DNA of 64,000 bases from Gemmatimonadota bacterium (GCA_046758745.1 JBHIAV010000007.1:28950-92949), one strand, 5' to 3'; numbered from the stretch's first letter, positions 8,501 to 17,986 are shown. Notes: a model not told the origin generated them from the letters alone. Made by a program: numbers and translations.

Positions 8501-10203
8501 CGAACCACCCCGGCCGACACCTGGAGAATGCGCCACGAGGCGTTGCCGAGCTGGAAGATGTCCCCAGCCATGCTCTCGCTGGCGAAGTCCTCGTTCAGCG
8601 TGCCCAGGAAGCTCCCTTCCGGCTCGAGGACGACCCGGTAGTCGGCGTTGTCGGGGATCGCTCCGCCGGAGGTGATCGCCACCAGACGTGCGCCCTTTCG
8701 CCCGCGGAGCCGCCCGTTCACCGCGTCGTGGTGGATGAGGGCCCCCCGGCGGCCGCGCCGGGTAGCGAAGCCTCGAGCCACCATGCGCACCACCTCGTCG
8801 AACTCTTCCCGCGTCAGCTTCCGGTACGGGTAGGCGCGGCGTACCAGGTTGAAGAGATCCTCCTCACGCCACGGCTCGCAGGCCGCCTCGGCGACGATCT
8901 GCTGCGCGAGCACGTCGAGCGGGCGCGGGAGGATGCGAAGCCGGTCCAGCTCCCCCGCGCGCACGGCCCGGAGGAGAGCGGCGCACTCGACCAGGTCGTC
9001 GCGCGTGAGCGGGAAGAGCCGTCCCTTCGGCGTTCCGCGTACGGTGTGCCCGGATCGCCCGATCCGCTGGAGGAACGCGGCGATCCGGTGCGGGGAGCCG
9101 ATCTGGCACACGAGGTCCACGAACCCGATGTCGATCCCGAGCTCGAGCGAGGCGGTGGCCACGAGCGCCCTCAGCTCCCCTGCCTTGAGGCGCCGCTCCG
9201 CATCGAGCCGGGTCTCCTTCGACAGGCTGCCGTGGTGGGCCGTCACCGCCGCCTCACCGAGGCGCTCGCTCAGGCTGCGTGCCACCCGCTCGGCCAGCCG
9301 CCGCGTGTTGACGAATACGAGCGTCGTGCGGTGCGCCTCGATCAGCGTGACAAGCCGCTCGAACGCCTCCTCCCACATCTCGCCCGACATCACCGCCTCC
9401 AGAGGCGAGCCGGGGAGCTCGAGCCCGAGGTCGAGCGCCCGGAGGTGTCCCGCGTTGACGATCTCGCATCGCGGTCGTCCCTCGGGGTCGAGCCCGCCCG
9501 CGCTGACGAGGAAGCGAGCCACCTCCTCGATGGGCTTCTGGGTGGCTGAGAGGCCGATGCGCTGGATCGCTCGCCCCGCCACGTGCTCCAGCCGCTCCAG
9601 CGTGAGGGAGAGGTGCGAGCCGCGCCTGGAGTCGAGCACGGCGTGGATCTCGTCCACGATCACCGCGCGGGCCGTGCGGAGAATCTCGCGGCTCCGCTCC
9701 GCCGTCAGCAGGAGGTAGAGCGACTCGGGCGTGGTCACCAGGATGTGCGGGGGCGTGCGGAGCATGGCCCGCCGCTCCGACTGCGTGGTGTCCCCGCTCC
9801 GGGTGGCGGCGGTGATCCGCACCGCCGGGAGCCCCATGCGCTCAGCCGTCTGCCGGATCTCGCGCCGGGGCTCGGCGAGGTTTCGGTGAATGTCAGCGCT
9901 GAGCGCCTTGAGCGGAGATACGTAGACGATCCGCGTCTCGTCGGGGAGCTCGCCGCCGTTCGCCAGCCCCTCCTCCAGAAGATCGTCGAGGGCGCTCAGG
10001 AAGGCGGCGAGCGTCTTTCCCGAGCCGGTAGGCGCCGAGATGAGGGTATGCCGGCCGGAGCGGATGGCGGCCCAGCCCCGGGTCTGAATCTCCATCGGCG
10101 CCTCGAAGCGGCCGCCGAACCAGGCACGCACGGCCCGGTGGAATCCGGCCGGTGCGTCGGGGGGCGAGGGGGGCTCGGCTGCATGGATCTTCGCGCGCGG
10201 CAT
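5557..10203 (-). CDS. lhr: Lhr-family SF2 helicase, long form with C-terminal winged-helix region
   Basis: APTGSGKT, YVSPLKALSADI, DEIH, HHGSLS, SLELGID, QRIGRSGH, TSGGAIPD, and C-terminal LLRRYGVVFR...GFSGEHFALPEAV. Start chosen at MPRAKIH. Confidence 0.9.
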   Translation of the reverse strand: MPRAKIHAAEPPSPPDAPAGFHRAVRAWFGGRFEAPMEIQTRGWAAIRSGRHTLISAPTGSGKTLAAFLSALDDLLEEGLANGGELPDETRIVYVSPLKALSADIHRNLAEPRREIRQTAERMGLPAVRITAATRSGDTTQSERRAMLRTPPHILVTTPESLYLLLTAERSREILRTARAVIVDEIHAVLDSRRGSHLSLTLERLEHVAGRAIQRIGLSATQKPIEEVARFLVSAGGLDPEGRPRCEIVNAGHLRALDLGLELPGSPLEAVMSGEMWEEAFERLVTLIEAHRTTLVFVNTRRLAERVARSLSERLGEAAVTAHHGSLSKETRLDAERRLKAGELRALVATASLELGIDIGFVDLVCQIGSPHRIAAFLQRIGRSGHTVRGTPKGRLFPLTRDDLVECAALLRAVRAGELDRLRILPRPLDVLAQQIVAEAACEPWREEDLFNLVRRAYPYRKLTREEFDEVVRMVARGFATRRGRRGALIHHDAVNGRLRGRKGARLVAITSGGAIPDNADYRVVLEPEGSFLGTLNEDFASESMAGDIFQLGNASWRILQVSAGVVRVADAQGLPPSIPFWLGEAPGRSRELSAAVSELRGEVDERLKGDDAPEAMEPDSEAAGQASAAQRATEWLVREVGLPPVAAAQIATYFAESKRILGVLPTHGTLVLERFFDESGGMQLVLHAPFGSRINRAWGLALRKRFCQSFNFELQAAATEEGILLSLGPQHSFPLAEVFRYLHPDTVRDLLVQAVFDAPVFQTRWRWNASVSLAVPRWRRGRKTPPQIQRMEAEDLLSAVFPDATACLEHIVGAREIPDHPLVRQTIEDCVEEAMDFPRLREILRAIWTGELRCVARDTPEPSPLSHEILNARPYAFLDGAPLEERRAQAVYARRALEPSSAVDLGALDPQAIDRVREEAWPDPETPDELHDALLTGAFLLQAEGERFGWTGLLDELTAAGRATLVQRRQRGHAADGAEPSSQPASLPGALPSPAGSGPLWVAAERLPEIRSVFPEAEFEPAVTPPPGHSLQPTNRDEAIRELLRSRLEMVGPTTAAVLGASLGVSEVEAEQVLLALETEGVVLRGTFTPAAGGLEWCDRRLLSRIHRYTLNRLRAEIEPVSAADFMRFLFQWQCVEPEHRVKGDEGLAAVIEQLDGLELPAAAWETEVLAARCEEYEPELLDRLCLGGRMAWGRLTPPAGEGTGLAATGPLRSSPIGLFRREHGAVWLSPTAASADEKLSSPARIVLERLRRRGASFFAELVAGSALLPTQVEQALGELVALGYVTSDSFAGLRALLTPSEKRKPLLGEAEGTRRRRRTAAYGVDTAGRWSLLRPVDPVEQAAHPAEKAAHPPEEAPTADREEATRQATGNGPSDRARAGEGLRGPLDAEPHARALLRRYGVVFRRLLDRETRAPSWRELVLVYRRLEARGEMRGRRFVRGFSGEHFALPEAVGKLRTVRRAEPTGRLLVLSAADPLNLTGIITPGERIPALTRNRIGYRDGVPLYVREGNVTRSLEGKAPADPETERALARRRVPPSLRAYAARR

Positions 10204-10573
10204 GTTTCCGAATATGGCGGCCCGGCCGGCGAAGTTCCATGTTCGCGCTTCGCCGGTTGCGGTGGCGTGCGGTGGCGGAACGAATGCGACCCGTGCCACG
10301 GGTCCCGGTGTGCATGCGGCCCATGTGTCCGGTGAGCTGCGGCAGCCCGTGCGGTCGGGAGACGCCGCCGCGGGTGTGGCAGGTGCGTCGATCCAGCCCG
10401 CCTGCTGCGGGGGCACGTGCGGGGGCACGTGCGGGCGGCGGCTCGGCCCGGCGCGGCCGGCCGATGGGGTGTTCGTTCGCGGCGGGCGTTGGGCGTCGAC
10501 GGGAGATCAGCGTCGGGCGGTGCACGTCGGACCGACGATCGAAATCGGTAGAGAGCGACAGGACGAGGAGAGG

Positions 10574-12325
10574 ATGGCGATAAGACCGGGTCCGCGTGAG
10601 GCGCTCCGCTGGCGCGTGGGAGAAAAGGCTCCCTTGCTCCAGGCGAGGGGGAGCGGATGGCGCGCCTCGGGAGCGAGCGTGGCGGCGGCGAGCGTCCTCC
10701 TCGCGGGGCTCGCGGGGCCGCTCGCCGCCCAGCCGGCAGCGGCCGGCCGGCAGCCGGCGATCACCGAGCCTCCCGTGCGCTACGACACGGACCTCCTGGC
10801 ACCCGAGTTTCACCGGGGCCGGCGAGCCGCATTGCTCGAGTCGCTGCCGGCGAACGCGGTGGCGGTGATTCTCAGCACCCCCCGCCGCAATCGCGAGAAC
10901 GACGTGGACTTCGAATACCGCCAGGACAGCTACCTCTACTACCTGACCGGGACCCACGAGCCGAGCTCCGTGCTCGTTCTCGCGCCGGGCGGGATCGAGG
11001 TGGACGACGAGCAGGTCACCGAGCTCCTCATGGTCCCTCCGCGAGACCCTGCGTCGGAGATGTGGACCGGCCGACTGTTCGGGGCAGATCGCGCCGAGGC
11101 GCGGCTCGGAGTCGAGAAGGCGGTGACGATCGAACGCTTCGAGGAGATCCTGGGTCCCCTCCTGGAGAGCCGGAGGCTCTATCACCTTCCTCTGCCGGAC
11201 GGGCTCGCGTCGGGGTCGCAGCTCGACAGGCAGGTCGCCTTCCTGGTCGAGAAGGGGAAGGTGCTGCGCCTCCAGGGTCGCTTCGTTCGGTTCGCGCTCC
11301 CTCGAATGCTGAGCGTGAGCACGGACGAGGAGCTGCGGCGCACCCGGGCGCTGCTGCGCCGGCTGAGCGACCGCTTCGGTGCGGAGGCCCTCGGCGGCCC
11401 CGCCACGCGAGAGATCTTCGACGCCTTCCTGGCCGCCGGTTCGGCGAGCGACTGGCGGGCGTGGAAGAAGGAGCACATCGAGGGTAGGTACGCCGATGGC
11501 AGCCTGCTTCGGTCGCGTCTCGACGCCCTGCGGGCCGTGAAGACCGACGAGGAGCTGGCCCTTCTCCGGCGGGCGATCGACATCACGGTCGAGGCGCACC
11601 GGGAGGCGATGCGCTCCATCGAGCCGGGGATGCACGAGTACGAGGTCGAGGCGCTGGTGGAGTACATCTTCCGCCGGAACGGGGCGGAGCACCCCGGCTT
11701 CCCGAGCATCATCGGAAGCGGCGAGAACTCGGTCATCCTGCATTACGAGACGAACCGCCGCCGGATGGAGGCCGCGGACATGGTCGTGATCGACATCGGC
11801 GCCGAGTACCACGGCTACTCCGCCGATGTCACGCGGACCGTGCCGGTCGACGGCGTCTTCTCACCCGAGCAGCGAAGTATCTACGAGCTGGTGCTGCGGG
11901 CTCAGGAGAAGGCGCTCGGCGCGGCGCGAGCAGGCCGCTCGTTCAACGCGCCGCACGCCGCTGCTCGCAAGGTCCTGCTCGAGGGGATGCGGGAGCTCGG
12001 TCTCGTCTCCAAGGAAGAGGAGCTCGGCCGCTTCTTCATGCACGGGACGAGCCACTACGTGGGCCTGTACGTGCACGATGTGGGATCCTACGGGAAGCTG
12101 GAGCCGGGCAACGTGATCACCGTCGAGCCCGGGATCTATATCGCCGCCGCCCCCGACATCGACCCGAAATGGTGGAACATCGGTGTGCGGATCGAGGACG
12201 ACGTCCTGGTCACGGAGGGCGATCCGGTGGTGCTGTCGGCCAGCGCCCCCCGGACGGTGGCCGAGATAGAGGCGCTGATGCGCGAAAAGGGCCTCGGGAA
12301 CGCGGCGGCCGGGAAGGTCGAGTAA
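10574..12325 (+). CDS. Xaa-Pro aminopeptidase (M24B), probably exported
   Basis: AMP_N-like YRQDSYLYYLTG; M24 ligands DIGAEYHGYSADVTRT, HGTSHYVGLYVHD, TVEPGIY, GVRIEDD; signal-like ASVLLAGLAGPLAA-Q. Start uncertain. Confidence 0.85.
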   Translation: MAIRPGPREALRWRVGEKAPLLQARGSGWRASGASVAAASVLLAGLAGPLAAQPAAAGRQPAITEPPVRYDTDLLAPEFHRGRRAALLESLPANAVAVILSTPRRNRENDVDFEYRQDSYLYYLTGTHEPSSVLVLAPGGIEVDDEQVTELLMVPPRDPASEMWTGRLFGADRAEARLGVEKAVTIERFEEILGPLLESRRLYHLPLPDGLASGSQLDRQVAFLVEKGKVLRLQGRFVRFALPRMLSVSTDEELRRTRALLRRLSDRFGAEALGGPATREIFDAFLAAGSASDWRAWKKEHIEGRYADGSLLRSRLDALRAVKTDEELALLRRAIDITVEAHREAMRSIEPGMHEYEVEALVEYIFRRNGAEHPGFPSIIGSGENSVILHYETNRRRMEAADMVVIDIGAEYHGYSADVTRTVPVDGVFSPEQRSIYELVLRAQEKALGAARAGRSFNAPHAAARKVLLEGMRELGLVSKEEELGRFFMHGTSHYVGLYVHDVGSYGKLEPGNVITVEPGIYIAAAPDIDPKWWNIGVRIEDDVLVTEGDPVVLSASAPRTVAEIEALMREKGLGNAAAGKVE

Positions 12326-12353
12326 CCCTGTCCGGGCCGTGGGACACTTCCGG

Positions 12354-13367
12354 CTACCGCCGGTGCCCGGTGGGAACACGGACGGTGAGGCCCGCCCAAT
12401 CTCCGGCCGGCCCCGGGTACCTGGCGTCCCGGATCCGCACCTCCGGGCCCGGGCCGCCCGGCCGCACGACGAAGTGCGGGAAGCGGGCCCATCGGAGAAA
12501 GCCGCGACCCTCGCGTGTTCGGGCGGCACGGACCGCGGCGGGGGTGGTCGAACCCTTTTCGACGCCCCGACCGGAGAGGGAGAAGCGCGGCTCGGGGAGC
12601 CAGCCGAATGACCCGATCTCGTAGCGATCGCCCACGTCGAGCACCACGTATCGCTTCAAAGGGGTGAGCGGAAGCGGGGCGAGCATGACCCGTTCGGGCG
12701 TCGGCAGCTCCATGGCGGTCGCCTGGCGGGCCACGATTCCTCGCGCCGCCTGTCCGCTCGCCAGCATGGCGGCCGTGTAGCAGGCGGCCAGCACCAGGGC
12801 GATTCGAGCCGGGGCCTGTCCACGCCGCCGCGCGAGCGCCACGCCTCCTCCGAGAAGAAGCCACAGCCACGGATCGATGATGAACAGGGCGTCTCCGTAG
12901 AACCAGCGTTCGGAGAAGGGCATCAGGAAGCGGATGCCGTATACGTTCAGGAAGTCGAGCGCCGGGTGGGTGAGAACGCCGACGATCGCCAGGAGGAGGA
13001 TGTGGCGCGGCACGACCGCGCGCCCTGCCTCCCGGCCCGTAGGCCGCGCATCAGCGCTCCGCTGTGCCTCGTTCCGTGGTGCGGCCGTCGAGCGCGCCGG
13101 ATGTCGCCCGCCTCTCCCGCGCACGCGGCGGTCCCAGGCGAGCAGTAGCAGCGTAAGGGCGACCGGAAGCGCCGCCATGGCCAGGACGCCATGCGTCCAT
13201 CCGCGCCGAAACTCGAGCGCCGCGACGTTGCCGAACGCATAGGCGAGGACATCGAGGTCGGGGAGGTTGGCGGCGAGGATAAGGGTGGTCATGCCGAGCG
13301 CCGTTCGGTGCTTGAGCCCGGCCTCTCCGAGGGCCGCTCCGACCAGCGTGTGGGAGATCGGATCCAT
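12354..13367 (-). CDS. Membrane-bound metal-dependent hydrolase (YdjM/YfhP-like)
   Basis: MDPISHTLVG, NLPDLD, RRGWTHG, THPALDFLNVYG motifs and TM segments. Confidence 0.85.
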   Translation of the reverse strand: MDPISHTLVGAALGEAGLKHRTALGMTTLILAANLPDLDVLAYAFGNVAALEFRRGWTHGVLAMAALPVALTLLLLAWDRRVRGRGGRHPARSTAAPRNEAQRSADARPTGREAGRAVVPRHILLLAIVGVLTHPALDFLNVYGIRFLMPFSERWFYGDALFIIDPWLWLLLGGGVALARRRGQAPARIALVLAACYTAAMLASGQAARGIVARQATAMELPTPERVMLAPLPLTPLKRYVVLDVGDRYEIGSFGWLPEPRFSLSGRGVEKGSTTPAAVRAARTREGRGFLRWARFPHFVVRPGGPGPEVRIRDARYPGPAGDWAGLTVRVPTGHRR

Positions 13368-13491
13368 TCAGTCACACTAGGTCGCGATCGACGGCGGGTA
13401 CAGGGGACAGTACCTTGCTGCGCGTCGTGTGGCGGCGTGTGTGTCGTGCCCGGCGGAGCCCGCTGAAACCGACGAGTCAGGAAAGGAAGCG

Positions 13492-14310
13492 ATGTCCTCC
13501 GACTCTCTCCCCGTGAGCCGCTCCGCCGCGGCTCTCGTTACCGGTGCGTCCTCTGGGATCGGTGAAGCGCTGGCCCGGCGCTTCGCGCGAGGTGGGTACG
13601 CCGTCGTCCTCACCGCGAGGAGCGAGGAGCGCCTGCGCGAGGTGGCGGGCGAGCTCGAGAAGAACTTCCGGGTGCCGACGCGGGTGATCGCCGGGGACCT
13701 CGCCGACCCGGAGGCTCCCCTGCAAATCTTCGAGGCGCTGCGCGAAGCCGACTTCACCGTCGAAGCGCTCGTCAACAACGCCGCGTTCGGCACGTACGGC
13801 CTCTTCGTCGACACGGATCTGGAGGCGGAGCTCGCGATGGTGCAGGTGAACGTCGCCTCCCTCACCCATCTATCGAAGCTCTTCGCCAGAGAGATGGTGG
13901 CCCGGGGAGGCGGGCGCATCCTGAACGTCGCCTCCACCGCCGCCTTCCAGCCGGGTCCCCTCATGGCGGTGTACTACGCGACCAAGGCCTACGTCCTCTC
14001 GTTCTCCGAAGCCCTCGGCGAGGAGCTCCGGGGCACCGGGGTGACGGTGACCGCCCTGTGTCCCGGTCCGACCGCCACCGGCTTTCAGAAGCGGGCCGAC
14101 ATGGAGGGCTCGCGGCTCGTGGCCGGCACCTTCCTCAAGGTGATGGACCCGGCGGTGGTAGCGGAGATCGGCTACGAGGCGATGATGCGCGGCGAGCGCC
14201 TCGTGGTTCCCGGCCTGGCCAATCGGCTCCTCGCCGGGTCGGTGCGCTTCACCCCGCGTCCTGCCGTCACCCGCCTCGTCCGCGCGCTCATGGAGCGCCA
14301 TGGGCGGTGA
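13492..14310 (+). CDS. SDR family oxidoreductase
   Basis: TGASSGIG, VNNA, YYATK (YxxxK), LCPGPTATGF. Confidence 0.93.
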   Translation: MSSDSLPVSRSAAALVTGASSGIGEALARRFARGGYAVVLTARSEERLREVAGELEKNFRVPTRVIAGDLADPEAPLQIFEALREADFTVEALVNNAAFGTYGLFVDTDLEAELAMVQVNVASLTHLSKLFAREMVARGGGRILNVASTAAFQPGPLMAVYYATKAYVLSFSEALGEELRGTGVTVTALCPGPTATGFQKRADMEGSRLVAGTFLKVMDPAVVAEIGYEAMMRGERLVVPGLANRLLAGSVRFTPRPAVTRLVRALMERHGR

Positions 14311-14434
14311 AGGGAAGGTCGGGGGCGGGACGCCCGGCCTGTGCGGAACCTCCTCTCGCGCCCGCCACGTTCTTCAGTGGGTTCCCTGGAACGAACGACG
14401 ATGGATCGGAGACCTCCTGGAGGAGGCCGGAAGG

Positions 14435-15304
14435 ATGCGGAGCGGCAGATCACGACTGGCCCTCGTCTTGGGCGGCGGTGGCAGCAAGGGTGCCATGCAG
14501 GCCGGCCTGTACCGCGCCCTCTGCCAGCTCGGGATCCGACCCGATCTGATTGTGGGCGCCAGCGTTGGTGCGCTCAACGGGGCGGCGATCGCCGCCGGGG
14601 TCGGGCCCAAGACCCTGGCGCATGGATGGGAGTCCCTCTCGAGGCGGGACCTGCTGCGTTTCAATCGGAGAATTCTTTGGCGGCTGGGCGCCGTCAGGAG
14701 CATCTTCTCTTCCAACCGCTTCTACCGTTTCCTGGAAGGCCGCCTGCCGGTGCGGACCTTTTCGGAGCTGAAGATCCCTCTGATGGTCATCACCACCCGC
14801 CTCGCGACGGGAGAGGCCCGCGTGTGGGAGCGCGGTGATCTGCCGAAGGCGGTTCAGGCGAGCTGCTCGATCCCCGGAATCCTTCCACCGGTCAAGGACC
14901 ACGAAGGGATCTGGCACGTCGACGGCGCACTCGCGGACAACCTGCCGGTCGAGACGGCTCGGGAGCGAGGCGCCACGCACATCATCGCCATGAACTGTCG
15001 CACCTGTGCCCGCTGCGCTCCGGAACCCGACTCGCTCTCCGACGTGATCGGACTGGCTTTCGGCATCGCCATCGACTGCAAGCTGCGGGCGATGGAACAG
15101 CGGTACCGCGACGACCCGACGGTATTGCTCCTTCAGCCCGACATCGGTGAGAGGATCTACGCGCTCGATTTCTCGCACGGCCGGCGACTCGTCGAGGCGG
15201 GCTACGAATACTCCCTTCCTCGGATCCGGGCCTGGTGGGAGAGGACATTTCCGGCCGGCTCTCTTCTGCCCAGGGGTTCAACGGTGGAGGTCTCCTCCCG
15301 CTGA
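14435..15304 (+). CDS. Patatin-like phospholipase
   Basis: GGGGSKG oxyanion loop, GASVG nucleophile, ASCSIPG, DGA catalytic Asp. ATG 14435 has a GGAGG RBS upstream. Confidence 0.88.
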   Translation: MRSGRSRLALVLGGGGSKGAMQAGLYRALCQLGIRPDLIVGASVGALNGAAIAAGVGPKTLAHGWESLSRRDLLRFNRRILWRLGAVRSIFSSNRFYRFLEGRLPVRTFSELKIPLMVITTRLATGEARVWERGDLPKAVQASCSIPGILPPVKDHEGIWHVDGALADNLPVETARERGATHIIAMNCRTCARCAPEPDSLSDVIGLAFGIAIDCKLRAMEQRYRDDPTVLLLQPDIGERIYALDFSHGRRLVEAGYEYSLPRIRAWWERTFPAGSLLPRGSTVEVSSR

Positions 15305-15404
15305 ACGACAGGCGACGGAGAGCCTCGAGCTTCTTGAACTCGCCGGTGCTCAGCCGAAACTCGCCGCCGGGTGGCTGAGCCCGGTGGAGGTTGGAGTCAG
15401 GCGA

Positions 15405-15665
15405 TCAGCCTTCCGCCTTCTCCCGCAGCATCTCCAGCACCGGCGCCAGCTTCTCGAGGATCTCGCGCGCGTGCTCCGGTTCCAGGTCGGCGATCGGCCG
15501 GTCAAGCTTGCACAGGAAGCGCCCGTCTTGCTGAACGTAGATTCGAAGCTCGTCCAGGTGCAGCACGCGCCGGATCTTCTGCTCGATGGCCTCAGCCCCG
15601 CGTTGCTCGGAGGCGTCCGGCTGCGCGCCGGGGTCTTCCACGTCGCCGGTCTCCGTCACCGTCAT
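15405..15665 (-). CDS. Hypothetical protein (86 aa)
   Basis: ATG preceded by GGGGAG; fills the gap downstream of the HDAC gene; protein-like composition; no family recognised. Confidence 0.6.
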   Translation of the reverse strand: MTVTETGDVEDPGAQPDASEQRGAEAIEQKIRRVLHLDELRIYVQQDGRFLCKLDRPIADLEPEHAREILEKLAPVLEMLREKAEG

Positions 15666-15760
15666 AGAGTTCTCCCCGAAGTAACCGCCATCGGCAAGGC
15701 TGAAGGGAAGGAGGGTTTCCGCCTCGCACCGCCGCAACTTGGTTTCAGGGTGTCGGGGAG

Positions 15761-16681
15761 TCAACGGAGGCGTGGCATCGGGCTGGCCTCGATGGCCGCT
15801 CGCACCGTGTTGGAGTGAATCGTGACGGTGTCCTCGCCGCGCCACGCGTATCCACCGGCCAGTAGGATGGCAGCGGGAACCCACGCCTTCGCAAGCCGCG
15901 ACAACACGGTCTCGTCACGCCTGCGCAACCCCTCGATGGTGAGTCCCAGACCGCCCAGCTGGTCGCCGTGATACGGGTCCGCGCCGGCCAGGTAAAAAGC
16001 GAGGTCCGGTCGGTGCGCCTCGAGGATGGCCGGAAGGTGCTCCTCGAGCAGAGCGACATACTCCTCGTCGCCCGTGCCGTCGGCCAGCCCCAGGTCGAGG
16101 TCGCCCGGTGGTTTGTAGCCGGGATAGTTCCTTTCCTGATGCATCGAGAAGGTGAAGACGGTCGCGTCATCCGAGAAGATGGCGGCGGTGCCGTTCCCGT
16201 GGTGCACATCGAGGTCGATCACAACGGCCCTCTCGGTCTCCCCTCCGCGCTGGAGAGCCTGCACGGCGATCGCCACGTCGTTGGCCGGGCAGAACCCCTC
16301 GCCATGCTCGGGGAACGCGTGGTGAAAGCCTCCGCCGAGGTGGACGGCGACCCCCCGCTCGAGGGCGAGCCGACCGGTGAGGATCGAACCACCGGCGCAC
16401 AGCCACACGGCGTCGCGGAGCGCCGGCGAATAGGGGACCTCGAGAGTGAGGAGCTCCGCAGGGGTGAAGTCGCCCGTCTGGAGCTTTCGGACATAGTCCG
16501 CCGTATGGACGAGGCGGAGCTCGGCATCGGTGGCGCGCGGAGCGCGGATGAGGTCGGACTCCTCGATGGCACCCTCCGCGAGTAGTCGCTCGCGGACGAG
16601 GCGGTATTTGGCGGTCGGGAAGACGTGCGCTCCGATGTCGACCTCGTACGCCTCGTGGAAGACGATGGGGACGCGGCTCAT
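15761..16681 (-). CDS. Histone deacetylase family (Zn-dependent deacylase)
   Basis: HVFPTAKY, GGGFHHA, GFC, DLDVHHGNGT, AGADP, GGY. Confidence 0.93.
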   Translation of the reverse strand: MSRVPIVFHEAYEVDIGAHVFPTAKYRLVRERLLAEGAIEESDLIRAPRATDAELRLVHTADYVRKLQTGDFTPAELLTLEVPYSPALRDAVWLCAGGSILTGRLALERGVAVHLGGGFHHAFPEHGEGFCPANDVAIAVQALQRGGETERAVVIDLDVHHGNGTAAIFSDDATVFTFSMHQERNYPGYKPPGDLDLGLADGTGDEEYVALLEEHLPAILEAHRPDLAFYLAGADPYHGDQLGGLGLTIEGLRRRDETVLSRLAKAWVPAAILLAGGYAWRGEDTVTIHSNTVRAAIEASPMPRLR

Positions 16682-16804
16682 CCGTCCGCCATCCGCCGGC
16701 GACGCGCCTTCCGGTTCCGGCCGCTCTTCACCGGTGAGGCCGGGTCGACACGGCGTCGGCGTGGCCGGTGTCCATCACGAATCCCGGTTCGGTCGTGTCC
16801 AACC

Positions 16805-17986
16805 TCAGTTCGTCTGCACCAGTCGGTACACGCTACCGTTTCCGGAGAGGATATACAGCTCGCCCCTCGAGTCCTCGCCGAACGAGAGGACATTGCCGAC
16901 GTCGCCGATCTCCCACTCCCGTAGCTCCGTGGCGCTCACCCCGGAAAGCCGGAAGCTGCGCAACCACCCGGCGCAGAAGTCGGAATAGAAGTAGCGCCCG
17001 ACAACGCCGGGCATCGCCGAGCCGCGGTACACGAGCCCGCCGGTGACCGAGCAGCCCTGGCCGTGGTCGTACTCGAGAACCGGGAGGGTCAGTCCGGCCC
17101 GGTCGCACGAGCCGCCGCTGAAGCAGCTCGTTCCTTCCATGATGTTCCATCCGTAGTTGACGCCGGCTAGGCCGGCCGCCACCGCGTTCACCTCCTCCAG
17201 GCTCGACTGCCCGACATCGGCGATGTACAGGACGTCGGCGGCGCGGTCGAACGCAAAGCGCCACGGGTTGCGGAGCCCGTACGCCCAGATCTCACCGCGC
17301 GCCGCGGGGTCGCCGGCGAACGGATTGTCGGGCGGAATCGCGTAGGGGAATCCACCGTCCACGTCGATGCGGAGCAGGGATCCGAGCAGGGTGGAGCGGT
17401 CCTGTCCGTGGCCCAGCGGATCCCCGCCGCCGCCTCCGTCCCCGAGCCCGATGTACAGCATTCCGTCCTCACCGAACGTCACCTGCCCGCCGTTGTGGTT
17501 GCTGAACGGCTGCGCGACCTGAAGGATCAGGGCTGCCGAGCCGGGATCGGCCACACTCGGATCCGCGGTGACGGAGTAGCGCTCGACTCGGGTGGCGCCG
17601 CTCCGGTCCGTGTAGTCGACGTAGAAGAAGCCGTTGGAGGCGTAGCTCGGGTGAAAGGCGACGCTGAACAGGCCCTGCTCTCCGCCGGCGCTTCCCACCC
17701 GGTCGCGGATGTCGAGGAACGGGACCGTGAGCAGCTGGTCCCCCTCGACGATCCGGATCGTCCCGGGGAGCTCCACGACGAAGAGCCGCGGGTCGCCCGG
17801 CGGTGCGGTGAGATGGACGGGGCTGCCGAGCCCGCTCGCCACGACCGTGACGCCGAGCTCGAGGGCGGGCCCGGCCAGGGGGACCGTTGGACCGCCGTCG
17901 TCTCTCCCGCACGCCCAGGCGAGCGCCACGAGGAGCGCGACGGCGAGGGGACCCGAAGTCCCGAACAGTTTGAGACCGGTGTTCAC
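16805..17986 (-). CDS. PQQ-dependent sugar dehydrogenase (GSDH family) lipoprotein
   Basis: Lipobox-like LAWAC, EQGLFSVAFHP, NHNGGQV, GDGG, GLRNPWRF, DVGQ, NYGW. Start uncertain. Confidence 0.88.
   Translation of the reverse strand: MNTGLKLFGTSGPLAVALLVALAWACGRDDGGPTVPLAGPALELGVTVVASGLGSPVHLTAPPGDPRLFVVELPGTIRIVEGDQLLTVPFLDIRDRVGSAGGEQGLFSVAFHPSYASNGFFYVDYTDRSGATRVERYSVTADPSVADPGSAALILQVAQPFSNHNGGQVTFGEDGMLYIGLGDGGGGGDPLGHGQDRSTLLGSLLRIDVDGGFPYAIPPDNPFAGDPAARGEIWAYGLRNPWRFAFDRAADVLYIADVGQSSLEEVNAVAAGLAGVNYGWNIMEGTSCFSGGSCDRAGLTLPVLEYDHGQGCSVTGGLVYRGSAMPGVVGRYFYSDFCAGWLRSFRLSGVSATELREWEIGDVGNVLSFGEDSRGELYILSGNGSVYRLVQTN

Noticed and set aside
10202..10573. Overlapping N-terminal extensions of lhr and the aminopeptidase, and a 12-bp repeat (TGCGGGGGCACG x2, 10406-10429)
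   Set aside because: The extensions are low-complexity with better downstream starts; the repeat is too short to support a function.
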